Source: Antedon mediterranea
Lineage: Eukaryota; Animalia; Echinodermata
Assembly (NCBI RefSeq): GCF_964355755.1
Contig: NC_092673.1
Span: forward strand, 30,563,648-30,627,647
Length of the DNA: 64,000 nt
Direction: 5' to 3'
The notes beneath the pieces were generated by a model. The model was given only the letters and a program-made list of their open reading frames with translations. It was not told the DNA's origin and did no database searches. Below are positions 50,943 to 63,600 of this stretch, piece by piece. How positions within the stretch are numbered: position 1 is the first letter of the stretch; every line of letters begins with the position of its first letter. Made by a program: the position numbers and the translations under genes.

Positions 50943-52348
50943 GAGTTATTTCAATCTGAAACAACAATCTGTCTCGGTTTCAAACAACCAAGACAAAATC
51001 TGAACAACAATCACGTGAGGTCATAGGTTAATACATTTAACATATGACCTTAAAAACTATTAGTCCTCCCTTTTGTACACTTTTATATTATAAAAAAAAA
51101 CTTTGTATTCAAATATATAGCTCTCTTTTTCATTATTAATCTGGATTCTTGTTTTGTGTAACGTTTTATCGAAATTCTTTGAAATGTTATAGATTTACAA
51201 GTGTTCATATTGTTTTCTAATTAAATGTTTGTGTTTTGTTTTTAAATAAGTTTTATTTGTAGATTATATTGCATATAAAACTACTTTATAGTGAATTAGA
51301 ATTTTGATATGTTTTGTTTTTGTATGGTGAATATTATTATTAACTGATATTGAAAATTGGAAATAAATGTGATTTAAATAATTATTGGATATGTTAGATT
51401 TGTTTATTTACGAAACGTAACATCACAGATTCTTGAACCGATTCTAAAGCCCTGTTTACACTATCATCTAGATTGACAAATGTGGTATGCCCAAATATAG
51501 TATTAATATTACATCATCATGTATAGGCACATCACATTTTTTGTCACATCACGTTTGATAGTGTAGACAGAGCTTTAATCATGCATCCATGTAAGTTTAA
51601 TTGTAACAATGTATAATTGTTTAATGAATCTTAACTGTATCAGAGTTTTATCGCCAATGAAAGGAAACAGTCGAATAAATATGAAAGAACATTATGTAGT
51701 TTACTAGAGATACGACTGTCGCTACTGCTTTGTCGACACTGTCTTTCAAAGAGTTGGCCCAAAACATATATTACACACATTGCACACGTTTGGTTGTTAT
51801 ACATTTATTATCAACATTAGTTGAGATCTGGGCTTTTTACTACAAGTGTAATATTCCGGAGAACCAAATTACTTACTGATAAAGTATTGGCCGACTGCAA
51901 AAGTGTACCTGGATTTTTACTCAAACATTAAGTCCGCGAATTTAACTACGACGAATAGAAATATTTTGTATAAATTTGAATTAGAAACGTATACACAAAT
52001 GATGCAAATGTGTTGAATTCATAGCCAATCGATCTGCATGTATATATAGTAACCAATTTCGATGAGTTCAATTATTATGAAGAAGAATCTGAAACTGCGA
52101 GATTTAAAGCAAAATTGCAAAATGTGTATGCATGTTCAAATGTGGTTTGGCAAGCCGTAAAATAATCCTGGATAAAATATATAATGGGTAGTGCTGATGA
52201 GTTTCTTAGGAGATGATAAATATTAAGCTCTTCTACTTTCACAATGAAGATGAAGAGGCCTAAAAATAAATATCTTATCATTTGCATTGTAATTTTTAGA
52301 ATTTTTGGTCCTTTTTTTAATGCCCGTCTATATTATAAATGACTGTCT

Positions 52349-53190
52349 AAAGCTTTGTCTATACTATTAAACTAGTTGACAAAAAAAGTGTGAATGTGCC
52401 CAAATATGGTAGTGATATTCTCAAATATGGTAGTGATATGACATCATCATGTCCATATTATGGCACATCACCTGTTTTTGTCACAAGAAGCACGAATGTG
52501 CGATACTCGGGGTACAGCAAACGAAGCTGTAATGACGTCATACGACGGGATGGAACGTCACACACATCATTAACCTCGCTACCAAATACGGCTATATTCA
52601 GAAAAGTTACGTCACATAACCGGAAATGGCATAATCACGGTAAATTATGAAATCATATATCATAAATAGGTGTTTACTGTATATTATTCTCCAAGTCAAG
52701 ACCCTTAAAATGACACCAAAGACGGCTATATAACGACGAAAATCGTTTGTCACCAAGGTACCATCTTTGAGACGTCATATGACTAGCTGCATCCGATTTG
52801 AAATTAAAAAATCTCTATAGCTTTGAGGACATGTCCCTGTAGTATACCCATGCCAAATCCCAGCTCAATACTACAACGAATAAGAGAGGGGTAGGCCCTA
52901 GTACTTTATAAATCGCAATTTTCGATTGGTACCATGTAATTACCACCAACGCATCTTGGAGGAGGAACATCAAATATGCCTGCCGTGGTACATCTGGCAA
53001 ATTGCTATCCTGCAAGGCTCACGAATAAACTATCTCGCTGCTCATTGGTATTTGGTCAACGTCTGAATAAGATCTCTCGCCATTCTCTGAGGCTTCGGGA
53101 ACATCGCACATTGGTGCTGAGAAAACGATTAGAGGAACATCATACTTGTTTTGTCAAACTTCTAATTTGATAGTGTAAACAGAGTTTTAG
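52349..53190. mobile_element. Family-B MITE interrupted by a ~640-bp element with subterminal inverted repeats
   Basis: MITE left part 52349-52482; insert 52483-~53125; MITE right end ~53150-53190. Confidence 0.6.
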
Positions 53191-53345
53191 GACAATTGTC
53201 CAACTAATTTGATAGTGCATACAGAGCTTTAGGACAATTGTCAAACTAATTTGATAGTGCAGACAGAGCTTTAGGACACTTGTCAAACTAATTTGATATT
53301 GCAAACAGACTTTAAGACAATTGTCAGACTAAATTTTAGGACAAT
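53151..53345 (+). repeat. ~42-bp tandem repeat x4-5 derived from a MITE terminus
   Basis: ttgtcaaactaatttgatagtgYaNacagagctttaggacaa repeated. Confidence 0.85.
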
Positions 53346-53947
53346 AATTCGATCAACTTACCTGTTTCCAGTATAATAATTTCAACAGTTATTGGTCCCC
53401 GACAATGATGGAACTACCATTGTTTGATATCCATGTGATTGCGTTTGTCTTTATGATAAGTTGCGACTGGAATCGATAGTTCTGGAACAAAAAAGATAAC
53501 GAAAACTAGAATGTGAAAATGAGATAAAAACAAAATGAAGGAGTAGAAAGGAGTAGGTCGTCTAGGCTACACGTAAATTAGGAAATATTGTGGAAATAAA
53601 TTAAATTGAATGAATGAATGAATAACAATTCACTTTGATTAAATATTTGTTTGATACATTGAAAACATAAAGGACCTATAGTAACTATCCTGTGATAAAT
53701 GGCCAATTATAAACCCGCCCCTTAAAAGTTATAGGCCTATAGCCTAGTTTTAAACAATATTGCTTGTCCATAAATTGACATCTTTTGACGATGTTGATAC
53801 AGTTAGATAAGAAATTGTCAATGGTTAAGTTATCAGCGAATTATACAATCAACAAAATAATATTTGACCCTTATATCTTGTTATGGTATAATAACATCCA
53901 GTACGTCGTCTGATTTGTTCCACTACAACAGTTACAAGTGAAGAGAC

Positions 53948-56900
53948 ATGGCATCCAGACATCGACTTCAACCGTTTCACCTCTTTGGCCTGTTTTTACA
54001 TTTGTTTGCGGTGACTTTAGCTTCATCTAACGTTGAAGAAGTCAAGGCATTTCTTACTTATTACGAAGAACATGTGAGTGATATTTATTTTTCACAAGCA
54101 ACAGCTCAGTGGAACTACTACACCAATATCACGGATGAAAATTCGCAGAAAGCGGTAAGTTAGTTAAAACTTTGTTGGTGTAAGAGACACCAGCAAAGAA
54201 CATCCCCTCGCCCTCGCCCCGTCAAAATAATCCTAAATCCCGGCGCCCTTTAGTGGGCTTTGTGTCCCAGAAGAGATACTTATACTGTGAGTCCTAGTAT
54301 TAATATTGTCACAAACATTTTGTGGTTCTGGGGTTTTAGTTTTTTTATAGGGCCCACTTTAACATAATTCTTATTGAGTGTCATCGCTCCATCGGTCCCT
54401 GGACGTTATATTAGCTTAGGCTAGGCTATTATGTATTATACACTTAGAACATTTTGATGGGAGACATTGTTATGTACACATGACCCATTTCGAATGGAAG
54501 GTAATAGTCGTCGTCGGTAATTGAATTATACATGCATTTTAGGGCATTTTTGTTCATTTGTGCAAATAAAATGTCATAGAGTAACTCTAGCTGCAGAAAA
54601 AAACTTTGACGCAATACAAGAATGATTTTTTAAAATGTGATTGCTCAAAATGACAAATTTGCGCGAAGAAGCCAAATACCCAAGCATGCGCACCAACCCC
54701 GCTTGTTTGGATCCTTAAGGATCGTTAAGCAGTATTCCAAAGAAGAAGAATGTTTGTATGCGAAGAAATGGAAAGGGGGATCATCATATCGAGTTTCAGA
54801 TAAAGAAGAAGCGGCTTCAAATTATAATACAGCCTCTGTATATAACAAGGATTATCCAGCAAAGCAATTGTCAAACTTTCATAACCCTCACAATACGTCT
54901 GCAAATAATGAGCTAATACTTTGTAATGGATAAATGGTGAGTAAAGTTTATATGTTGAATAATAATGCATACTTTTGTATTGCCAACTCTCTATAGGTAG
55001 ATGCTGATGTGGCGGCGTCTGGGTTTATAATCGATGCATACGTGAACGCTAGTCGATTCGATGCAGCCTCGTTTTCAGCCGACATTCAAAGACAACTGAA
55101 ATTCATAAAGGATGTCCAGAACTACGCACTTGCAGTTGAAGATGAGGACAAATTTCGCACAGTAATAATACTGTCTACTATTTTTTTTAAAATAAAATAC
55201 GTACTGCAGTACACAGTACCGTACAGTACCGTGTATACCATCGCATATAAAATTAATGTGTAAAGTGATCGCGATGAACATTGTTATATTACATAGTCCC
55301 ATTAAGGGGATACTTTCGGGGAACAATCAAGGTGTTCGCTTTACAGGCTTGTTGTCCACTGAATAGTGGTTTGTCTGAAGTGTAATAATTAGAATAAAGT
55401 GGAAAATTAATTTCATCCTCAAAAACCATGTACACATCTGCGTGTTCTACATGATAGAATGCACTGTTTACATTATTATTCTGTACATACAATGTATGTT
55501 GAATTCTATTACTTGAATTCAATATCAAACGAGTGGACAATATTTCTATACGTTTCAGATATACTTGACTGTGTTTGAACGAACCTTGCCCCCAATTAGG
55601 CCTACTTATGACACATTGTATCAATAACTCATTGACTGTCTGAGATCCCATAGAGATGAAAGTAGTGTTAAAATCTGATAAAACGAACAGGCCTACTAAA
55701 AATCGATTATTTCAATAAATTATAAGCCTCTTGCTGTTTAACAATTTAGGAAAATCCAGAAAATACATATTAAGAAACCACATAATTTATGAAAAGTTCA
55801 TAAAAATGTTGAGACATGACAGGCAGACAGACATGTTGCTTAGCGAATCCGTATTAAAACAGATAGCATCATAATAATTATTATTATTACTCTAATTATG
55901 GATTGATGATGTCTTTAAACATTTACATACATTTAATCTTCATTCATTCTTTATTTCCAGTTGACTGATATAATTGCTAAAATGAACGGGAATTACGGGT
56001 CTGGAGAGGTTTGTAAAACCAACGGAGAGTGCTTAGCTCTCGAGCCAGGTAATGATGATGTCCGTAAGGTGATGCGTGGAGACCGGCTAAATCACATATA
56101 GTCAATCAAAATGTATTTTAGTTCGAGTAATTGAGTAACTGCATATTTATTTTACGATATATTTTTATACAACGTAATATGTCTTTCCATATGTACATGA
56201 AGTTTTATTATTTTCAATTTACAATGAGAACCCATCGGTATCTGAATCTTACAGTACTGTATGTATGTAACTGTGCTGGTATAAGAGGCTCTTTGATTCT
56301 CACACAGTATCAATATATTGTTTAAAAACCAAACACTTCAAAATTGGGTAAATATGATATTTTACAAGAGTGGTATTGATTTGTTTTTATCAAATCCTTG
56401 CTTCTAAAAAAATCGTGAAATTAAAAAATGGATATTGCAAGGTTGTATTTAGTTTTTTAAACCAGGGATGACCATTATTATTATTATTATTATTATTATA
56501 GCATTTTTTTATTTTATTTTTTTATTTATTTATAGCATTAAAGTAAAAGTTGCTCAATGCGGCTTCGGAAGCTTGCAATATTATAGAGAACATGAAAAAG
56601 AAACATTATGCATTGTTTCGTTAGTTTACTGAATATGATTTCATTACATTCAGAACAAAATCAGTATACATTCATGCAAATTGGTTTTGTAATTCTACTC
56701 AGATTCATTATTACGAATAAATTTCTATTCATTAGCCAACAGTGAAGAGTGAGATATCACTCGTCTTTGATTAGCCTCTCAACTGACATAGCGTCTTAAA
56801 AACTTTCACACGTTTGTGAGCTATCAGTAGAATAAACATCTCATATACTGCGCTTTGCTTGGCGCAAGCACGCTAGCAATAATATTGTCTTTTGCAGCAA

Positions 56901-59900
56901 CTGTTTTGTTCAGCAATATGAACTTAGTTAGGTAGTTATAATCTATGATGCGATGCAATTTCTGTTTTTTTTTTCTGTAAAGCTTATTTCGCACTACTCG
57001 GACGCAACGCAAGGACGTAATCGCGCCGCATCACAACGCGATGGATCACTCTCTGACTCACTCCCCCACTCACTCCCTCCCTCCCCACTAACTCATACTC
57101 CCCACTCACTCACTTAAGTTCGCTTACGTCCAAGTGGGAACCAATCTCTACGATGTGAATTTCCGATATTTTGGTGAAGCTTGTATGGTAAGTTGACCAA
57201 TCATGACGCGTCACGACCCAACTGTCACTTCTGATTGGTCAACTACAGTAATTTGCGTTGCGCGTTCGCCATTGCGTAAAGAGTATTATACTAAAGCTAT
57301 GTCTACACTATCAAACTTTTTTTGACAAAAAAAATGTGATGTGCCCATGGGGACATGATGATGCATATCACTACCAGATTTTGCCACCTCACTCTATTTT
57401 GTCAAACTAGTTTGATAGTGTAGACAAAGCTTTAGAAAATCTGTTATATATTATATAATAATTTTTCTGTTTAACACCAGGACTTGAAAAGATTATGGCA
57501 ACTTCTAAGGATTGGGATGAACGAGTTTGGGCGTGGAAAGGATGGCGGGACGAAGTGGGTCGAGCTAACCGGCCTCTTTATATCGATTATGTCGATTTAA
57601 AAAATGAAGCTGCAAACATACTAGGTGAGTGATCACCCAGCAGAGCCCATGTTTCGTGCAATTTTTGATCAGGAAAATCGCATTCTGTTGTATACGGTAG
57701 TTTACCTAGGACTAAGATCCTCTGTGTTTGCTTCTAATGTCCAACATTTTAGACTCTGGAAAAAAAAAGTTTCAACTAACTATAGGCCTAACTAAAATCT
57801 ATCTCTTACCGTGCCATAACATAAAACAATTTTAATTTTGGTATTAATCTAACGAGGAAGGAAAGGCGACACAGAGAACAGTTACGAAGTGATTTGTTTA
57901 TTGTTGTTTTAAGGAAGATTTAAAGAAGGCAGCTGTTGGCCTACAGTAGGCTTCTAATAATTTTCTGATAATTCTATAATCACAGGCTTTAGCGACACCG
58001 GTGAGCAGTGGAGGGCACATTACGAAACAGACACCATAGTCGATGATGCCAAGGCTCTTTACGAGGAAATTCTACCACTTTACAAACAGCTACATGCGTA
58101 TGTTAGACGAAAGCTTAAGAAGGTCTATAGTGAAAATGTGGATTTAAAATCTGCTCTCCCTTCAAACATATTAGGTAGGCCTACTACCGCGCTAGAGCGG
58201 AGTTATAGCTTGGTAGTTAAGATGACCGATTCCGCTTTCTGGATTCCAATCCTGTCAGAGGAAAAAACATCTCCACTCCCAAATATTGATTTAAGACTTT
58301 GTTTATGAAGAGCACGCTATGTTTGTACTGTGAACAAAACTACCACCTTTAAGAAGAATAATGAATGAATTCGCTTATTGCTATCCCTGGCAATTACTCT
58401 ATACACATTAATTATCATTATCGAAAGATATTAGGTTTAAGATGTTGACAACTGACAGTTGCATATCACTCACCAAAAAAATAATTATTTGAACGTACCC
58501 ATTATTATAATGTACTATTAATTATGTATGTCATAGGCGACATGTGGGGGAGATTTTGGGGTGAAATATATGACGTTGTAGAGCCGTATTCTGATGCAAC
58601 AAGTGTTGATGTAACACCAGAACTGATAGAACAGGTAAGTGCTAATCTATACATTTTTATAAAATATGAAACGACGGGGATTTTTGTAGTCGCAAAAGAC
58701 AGTAACGGTAACAGTAACTTCACGTATACCGATAGTATTAGTGGTAAGTTTTTTTTATAAGTTTTATTTTAAACTTGAAAAAAAAAGAGGCAGGTTCTTA
58801 AAATAATAATTATTTTTTGTCTTATGTAGGTTCATCCCACTTTTATTTCCGTGATATAAATTTTCATATTAATACAGTAATCTATACATATTTTTTTTTT
58901 AAATAATTATTATATTAGGCAAGTGACTCGATTAGAATAATACTTTTACATATACAGATACTGTTGTGAAGAGTAAAAATAACATTACCTCTCAAGAAAA
59001 ACAATGTTTTCTTTATAATCTAATCATTCCACCATACCACTACTTTATGATATGAATTTTACTGTATATTTTGAAAGGGTTATACTGCACTCGAAATGTT
59101 CAACCTATCAGATTCGTTCTTTGTTTCACTTGGTCTGCAACCGATGCCCGAGCCATTTTGGGCTAAAAGTATGATTACGAAACCAACGGATGGAAGAACC
59201 GTTGTGTGTCATCCTACGGCGTGGGATTTTAGTAACAGGATAGATTTTAGGTAAGCAAAACAATCCTAATAAAATACAAAAACATCTGACCAATTACTCA
59301 AAACCCTGATGCAACGCTACTCCACAATCGTTACAAAAGATAACAAAATATGTAAGCCTGGTCTAGTGACATCTAACTTATCAAACTTTTATTTAAACAA
59401 GGCCATAGACATGGATGCAGTCGCGTGCTCACGTTAGTGTTTACCGACCAACCGATCGACCAACCGACCGATATAGTGAGCTGTAGAGTCGCCAAGTTTA
59501 CTACCGTTTGGGGATGTGTGTGATGTATTTTCAGTCTGTAGCATCACATGATAACAGACTGTTATTTGATTCGAATCTTCTCAGCGAACTACGCTGTCAC
59601 GAAGATGCTACGTCTATAGGCGTAGTTTTCTACTGAACGTTCTGTCAAAGTTTTTCAACTGGCCTATAGCATACAAACTGCGGAAAACTTTTATAGCAAA
59701 AATTGGAGTTTGCTGAGTTTATAAACTAAGTTTCCTATAGTCTAAGGCTTAAGTTTTATCTTTAAATTCGAATTCTAAATAAATAATAATGTGTTTCACC
59801 TTATTCACAGAATCAAGATGTGCACAGAGATCAATATGCAACATTTTTTAACAATTCATCATGAGATGGGTCACATACAGTATGATCTTCAGTACGCCCC

Positions 59901-62075
59901 TCTGCCTTACGTATACCATGATGGAGCAAATGGTGCCTTCCATGAGGCCGTAGGCGAAGTTATGTCTACATCAGTTGCCACTCCAAAACACCTCAAGAAA
60001 ATAGGCCTCTTAGATATTGAAGACACAGATTATAGTAAATTAATCTTGCTTTATTTTGCTATGCGAATACAATGATCTGAATCAGACGTTTTCAACTTCG
60101 CAGACGAGTAGTCTGCGTCTGTCAGCTTTAAACTGTCTTTTGACCGCCATAAATTCTCTTTTAGAAACGGATATCAACTTTCTTCTGAAGCAGTCGCTAG
60201 ATGTAATTGGTACATTACCATTTAGCTACATGATAGATCAGTGGCGATGGGGAGTGTTTGCTGGAGACATCACGCCAGAAACGTACACCGAAGAATGGTG
60301 GAAAATGAAGTAGGTGTATTAGAATTATTCAGAGGGGTGACGCCTACTAAAGCTTGGTTCTCATATTTAATATCGTACCCATAGGTTCAACGAAAACGAG
60401 TTGACAAATCACAAGCGACAGTTCGGATGACCCATCGCGTCGTGATTGGTCAAATTGCGCTTAACACCCTTGCGTTGCGTCTAAATGGGAACCGAGGACT
60501 AATGGCCTACGGTACTATTTTTAGTGCATGTGGTATGCGGTGAACCACCATATTCAATTACACATAGATTTATTTCCTTTTTTCTTTTCTTTTAAAGATT
60601 GGATCTTGTGGGAGTCGTGCCCCCTGTAGCACGAGAGGAGAGGGATCTTGATGCCACTGCACTTCTGCACATTATCTACGACTATCCTTTTCTCAGGTTT
60701 GCAATTTTGGGTCGTCAGTTTTCATTTTATGCATTTCTTAAAGCAATTATATTTTAATTTGTTTTACCAGTAAAATATTAATTTACGGGGTGCCAAACAA
60801 CATGACATGAATATAGATAGTGTGTCGTTGGCGCCCCGTATAATACGCTTTAAATGTTTGCAGGTACTTTTTAAGGACAATAATCCAGTTTCAGTTTTAT
60901 GAAGCAATGTGCAATGCCTCGGGTCACCAAGGACCGTTATACAAATGCGATTTCTACGAATCAAAAGAAGCGGGAAAACTTCTTGGGTAAGAACAATGGA
61001 ATTTACATTATTTGCGAATGTATATGCCTAAAGCTCCGTCTAAACTATCAAACTTCATGTGAAAAAAAAAGTGATGTGCCCATATATTGACATGGTAATG
61101 TCATATCATGACCATATTTGGGCATATTACTACCATATTTAGGCACATCACACCTATTTTGTCAAACTAGTTTGATACCACCTTGATTAAGAAAGACATC
61201 GTAGTCGTAACAATACATAATATGTTTCTATTTATGATTTTTGTTAACTTAAAAATTGAGGAAATTATCGAGCTATCATAGTTTATCAGTGTGCAGAGAT
61301 TATGACATTATTCATGTTTTACCGTAAGGTTTTGCTGTACATATTGTTCAATTACAAATTTCTAGGGACATGCTAAAACTTGGAAGAAGTAAGCCATGGC
61401 CTGAAGCAATGGAAGCTATAACCGGACAGCGGGAAATGTCTGCTAAGCCCCTGTTGCAATATTTCGAACCTCTGAGAGAATGGTTAGAAGAAGAAAATAA
61501 ACGTAACGACGAATTTATTGGATGGGAAAAAACATGGCGACCATGTAAGACATTTTATTTCCACTTTGAGGATTTAATCGTAGTCTACATTAGCAAATAA
61601 CAACATTTTTGCTACTGTACTAGACTTCTGCAAACTTCTTTTCTGCAGTTGTAAACTGGTTTACACTGACACTTTTGTTTCCAAATGCCCAGTTTGTCAA
61701 GAAAAATTTCAAAGTTAGACCAGTCCTTCAACAAACCACATAAATAAGGTTGTACAGTATTAACATTAGTTTGCAAACACGAGAGCAAACTCGGAATTTG
61801 CCATCACAAACTTGGTAAAGTTGGCTTTCTGCAAAAAAATTACACATTTCTAGCGTCTTTGAACTCTCCATTTCATTCTGTAAAGTTCTGCATTTATAAG
61901 CATAATCCTAATTATTTCGTAGAAAATATGTTCATGCCTTTTTTTTTGTAGTTAGATAAAAGTAACCTGTTTATCTTTTACCGTTTCAGATGACACGAGC
62001 AGCGGTACCCGATTTGTGCCACTCTTTGTTACTTTTGTTATGTTGCTCTTCAATCAATTAGTTGTTGCTGAATAG
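53948..62075 (+). CDS. ACE2: ACE2-like M2 zinc metallopeptidase, copy 2, ~639 aa, 13 exons
   Basis: Exons 53948-54154, 54997-55161, 55961-56048, 57481-57624, 57986-58174, 58537-58634, 59078-59250, 59811-60034, 60165-60309, 60598-60696, 60864-60986, 61366-61544, 61990-62075 (1920 nt). Same motifs as copy 1. Confidence 0.9.
57294..57433. mobile_element. Family-B MITE, specific to copy 2
   Basis: Both TIRs present; absent at the paralogous position (~46650). Other copies at ~45497-45630, 48558-48700, 50066-50165, 51447-51576, 61030-61177, 62578-62728, 63001-63151. Confidence 0.85.
59396..59495 (+). mobile_element. Helentron/HINE-like fragment
   Basis: aacaag...agtcgcgtgc...(ccga/ccaa)n...atagtgagctgtagagtcgc; absent from copy 1 (~48375). 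Confidence 0.5.
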
Positions 62076-62416
62076 GAGTTATTTAAATCTGAGACAACAA
62101 TCTGTCTCGGTTTCAAACAACCAAGACAACATGTAAACAACAATCACGTGAGGTCATAGGTTAATACATTTAACCTATGACCTTAAAACTATTAGTCCTC
62201 CCTTGTGTACACCTTTATATTATAAAAAAAAACGTTGTATTCAAATATATAGCTCTCTTTTTCATTATTAATCTGGATTCTTGTTTTGTGTAACTTTTAA
62301 TCGAAATTCTTTGAAATGTTATAGATTTACAAGTGTTCATATTGTTTTCTAATTAGATGTTTGTGTTTTGTTTTTAAATAAGTTTTATTTGTAGATTATA
62401 TTGCATATAAAACTAC

Positions 62417-63262
62417 TTTATACTGAATTTGAATTTTGATATGTTTTGTTTTTGTATGGTGAATATTATTATAAACTGATATTTAAAATTGGAAATAAAT
62501 GTGATTTAAATAATGATTGGATGTTAGATTTGTTTATTTACGAAACATAACATCACAGATTCTTGAACCGATTCTAAAACCCTGTTTACATCAAAAGTGT
62601 GATGTGCCCACATTTGGTAGTAATGAACAAATATAGTATATTAATATGATATGACATAATCATGTCCATATATGGGCACATCACATTTTGTTTATGTTAC
62701 AAAAGTTTGATAGTGTAGACAGAGCTTTAATCGTGTAGTGTAAGTTTAAATGTAACACTATATTGGTCAATGAATCTTAACTGTATTAGAGTTTTATCGC
62801 TAAGGTAACAGTCGAATAAATATGAATGAATATTATGTATTTATACTGAATTTGAATTTTGATATGTTTTGTTTTTGTATGGTGAATATTATTATAAACT
62901 GATATTTAAAATTGGAAATAAATGTGATTTAAATAATGATTGGATGTTAGATTTGTTTATTTACGAAACATAACATCACAGATTCTTGAACCGATTCTAA
63001 AACCCTGTTTACACCAAAAGTGTGATGTGCCCACATTTGGTAGTAATGAACAAATATAGTATTTTAATATGATATGACATAATCATGTCCATATATGGGC
63101 ACATCACATTTTGTTTATGTTACAAAAGTTTGATAGTGTAGACAGAGCTTTAATCGTGTAATGTAAGTTTAAATGTAACACTACATTGGTCAATGAATCT
63201 TAACTGTATTAGAGTTTTATCGCTAAGGTAACAGTCGAATAAATATGAATGAATATTATGTA
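62417..63262 (+). repeat. 423-bp tandem duplication downstream of copy 2
   Basis: Units start at 62417 and 62840, each with an AATAAA and a family-B MITE; single copy after gene copy 1. Confidence 0.9.
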
Positions 63263-63323
63263 GTTTTTTTAGAGATACGACTGTCGCTACTGCTTTCTGT
63301 CGACACTCTCGTTCAAAGAGTTA

Positions 63324-63600
63324 AGGCCCATTTACACTAGGATGATAACGATCGACGATAAATAGACAAATATGCATTTTTCATACATAAAACTAAAGAA
63401 ATATAAAAACCTTTTTTTATTTATCATGACGCCATTTGATTGGAATTAAAAAAATATTATTATTATCAAAGACAGCATATATTATTATCCTGTAGATCTC
63501 TAGAACTAAAACCTTTCTAATTTCTCTTGTTTTATGTAAAAATAAAATGCATGCTTATATATTTATTGTCGATCGTTATCGTTCTAGTGTAAATGGGTCT
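63324..63600. mobile_element. Harbinger-like MITE, specific to copy 2
   Basis: TIRs aggcccatttacactagga.gataacgatcgac / gtcgatcgttatcgttctagtgtaaatgggtct; flanks TTA/TTG; empty site at ~51752. Confidence 0.8.

Noticed and set aside
49814-61090. Short antisense or alternate-frame ORFs repeated in both peptidase genes
   Set aside because: Shadows of exon 11 conserved only because the genes are duplicated.
42392-62075. One two-domain somatic ACE gene
   Set aside because: Each half has its own signal-peptide exon, stop codon, hydrophobic tail and poly(A) region.
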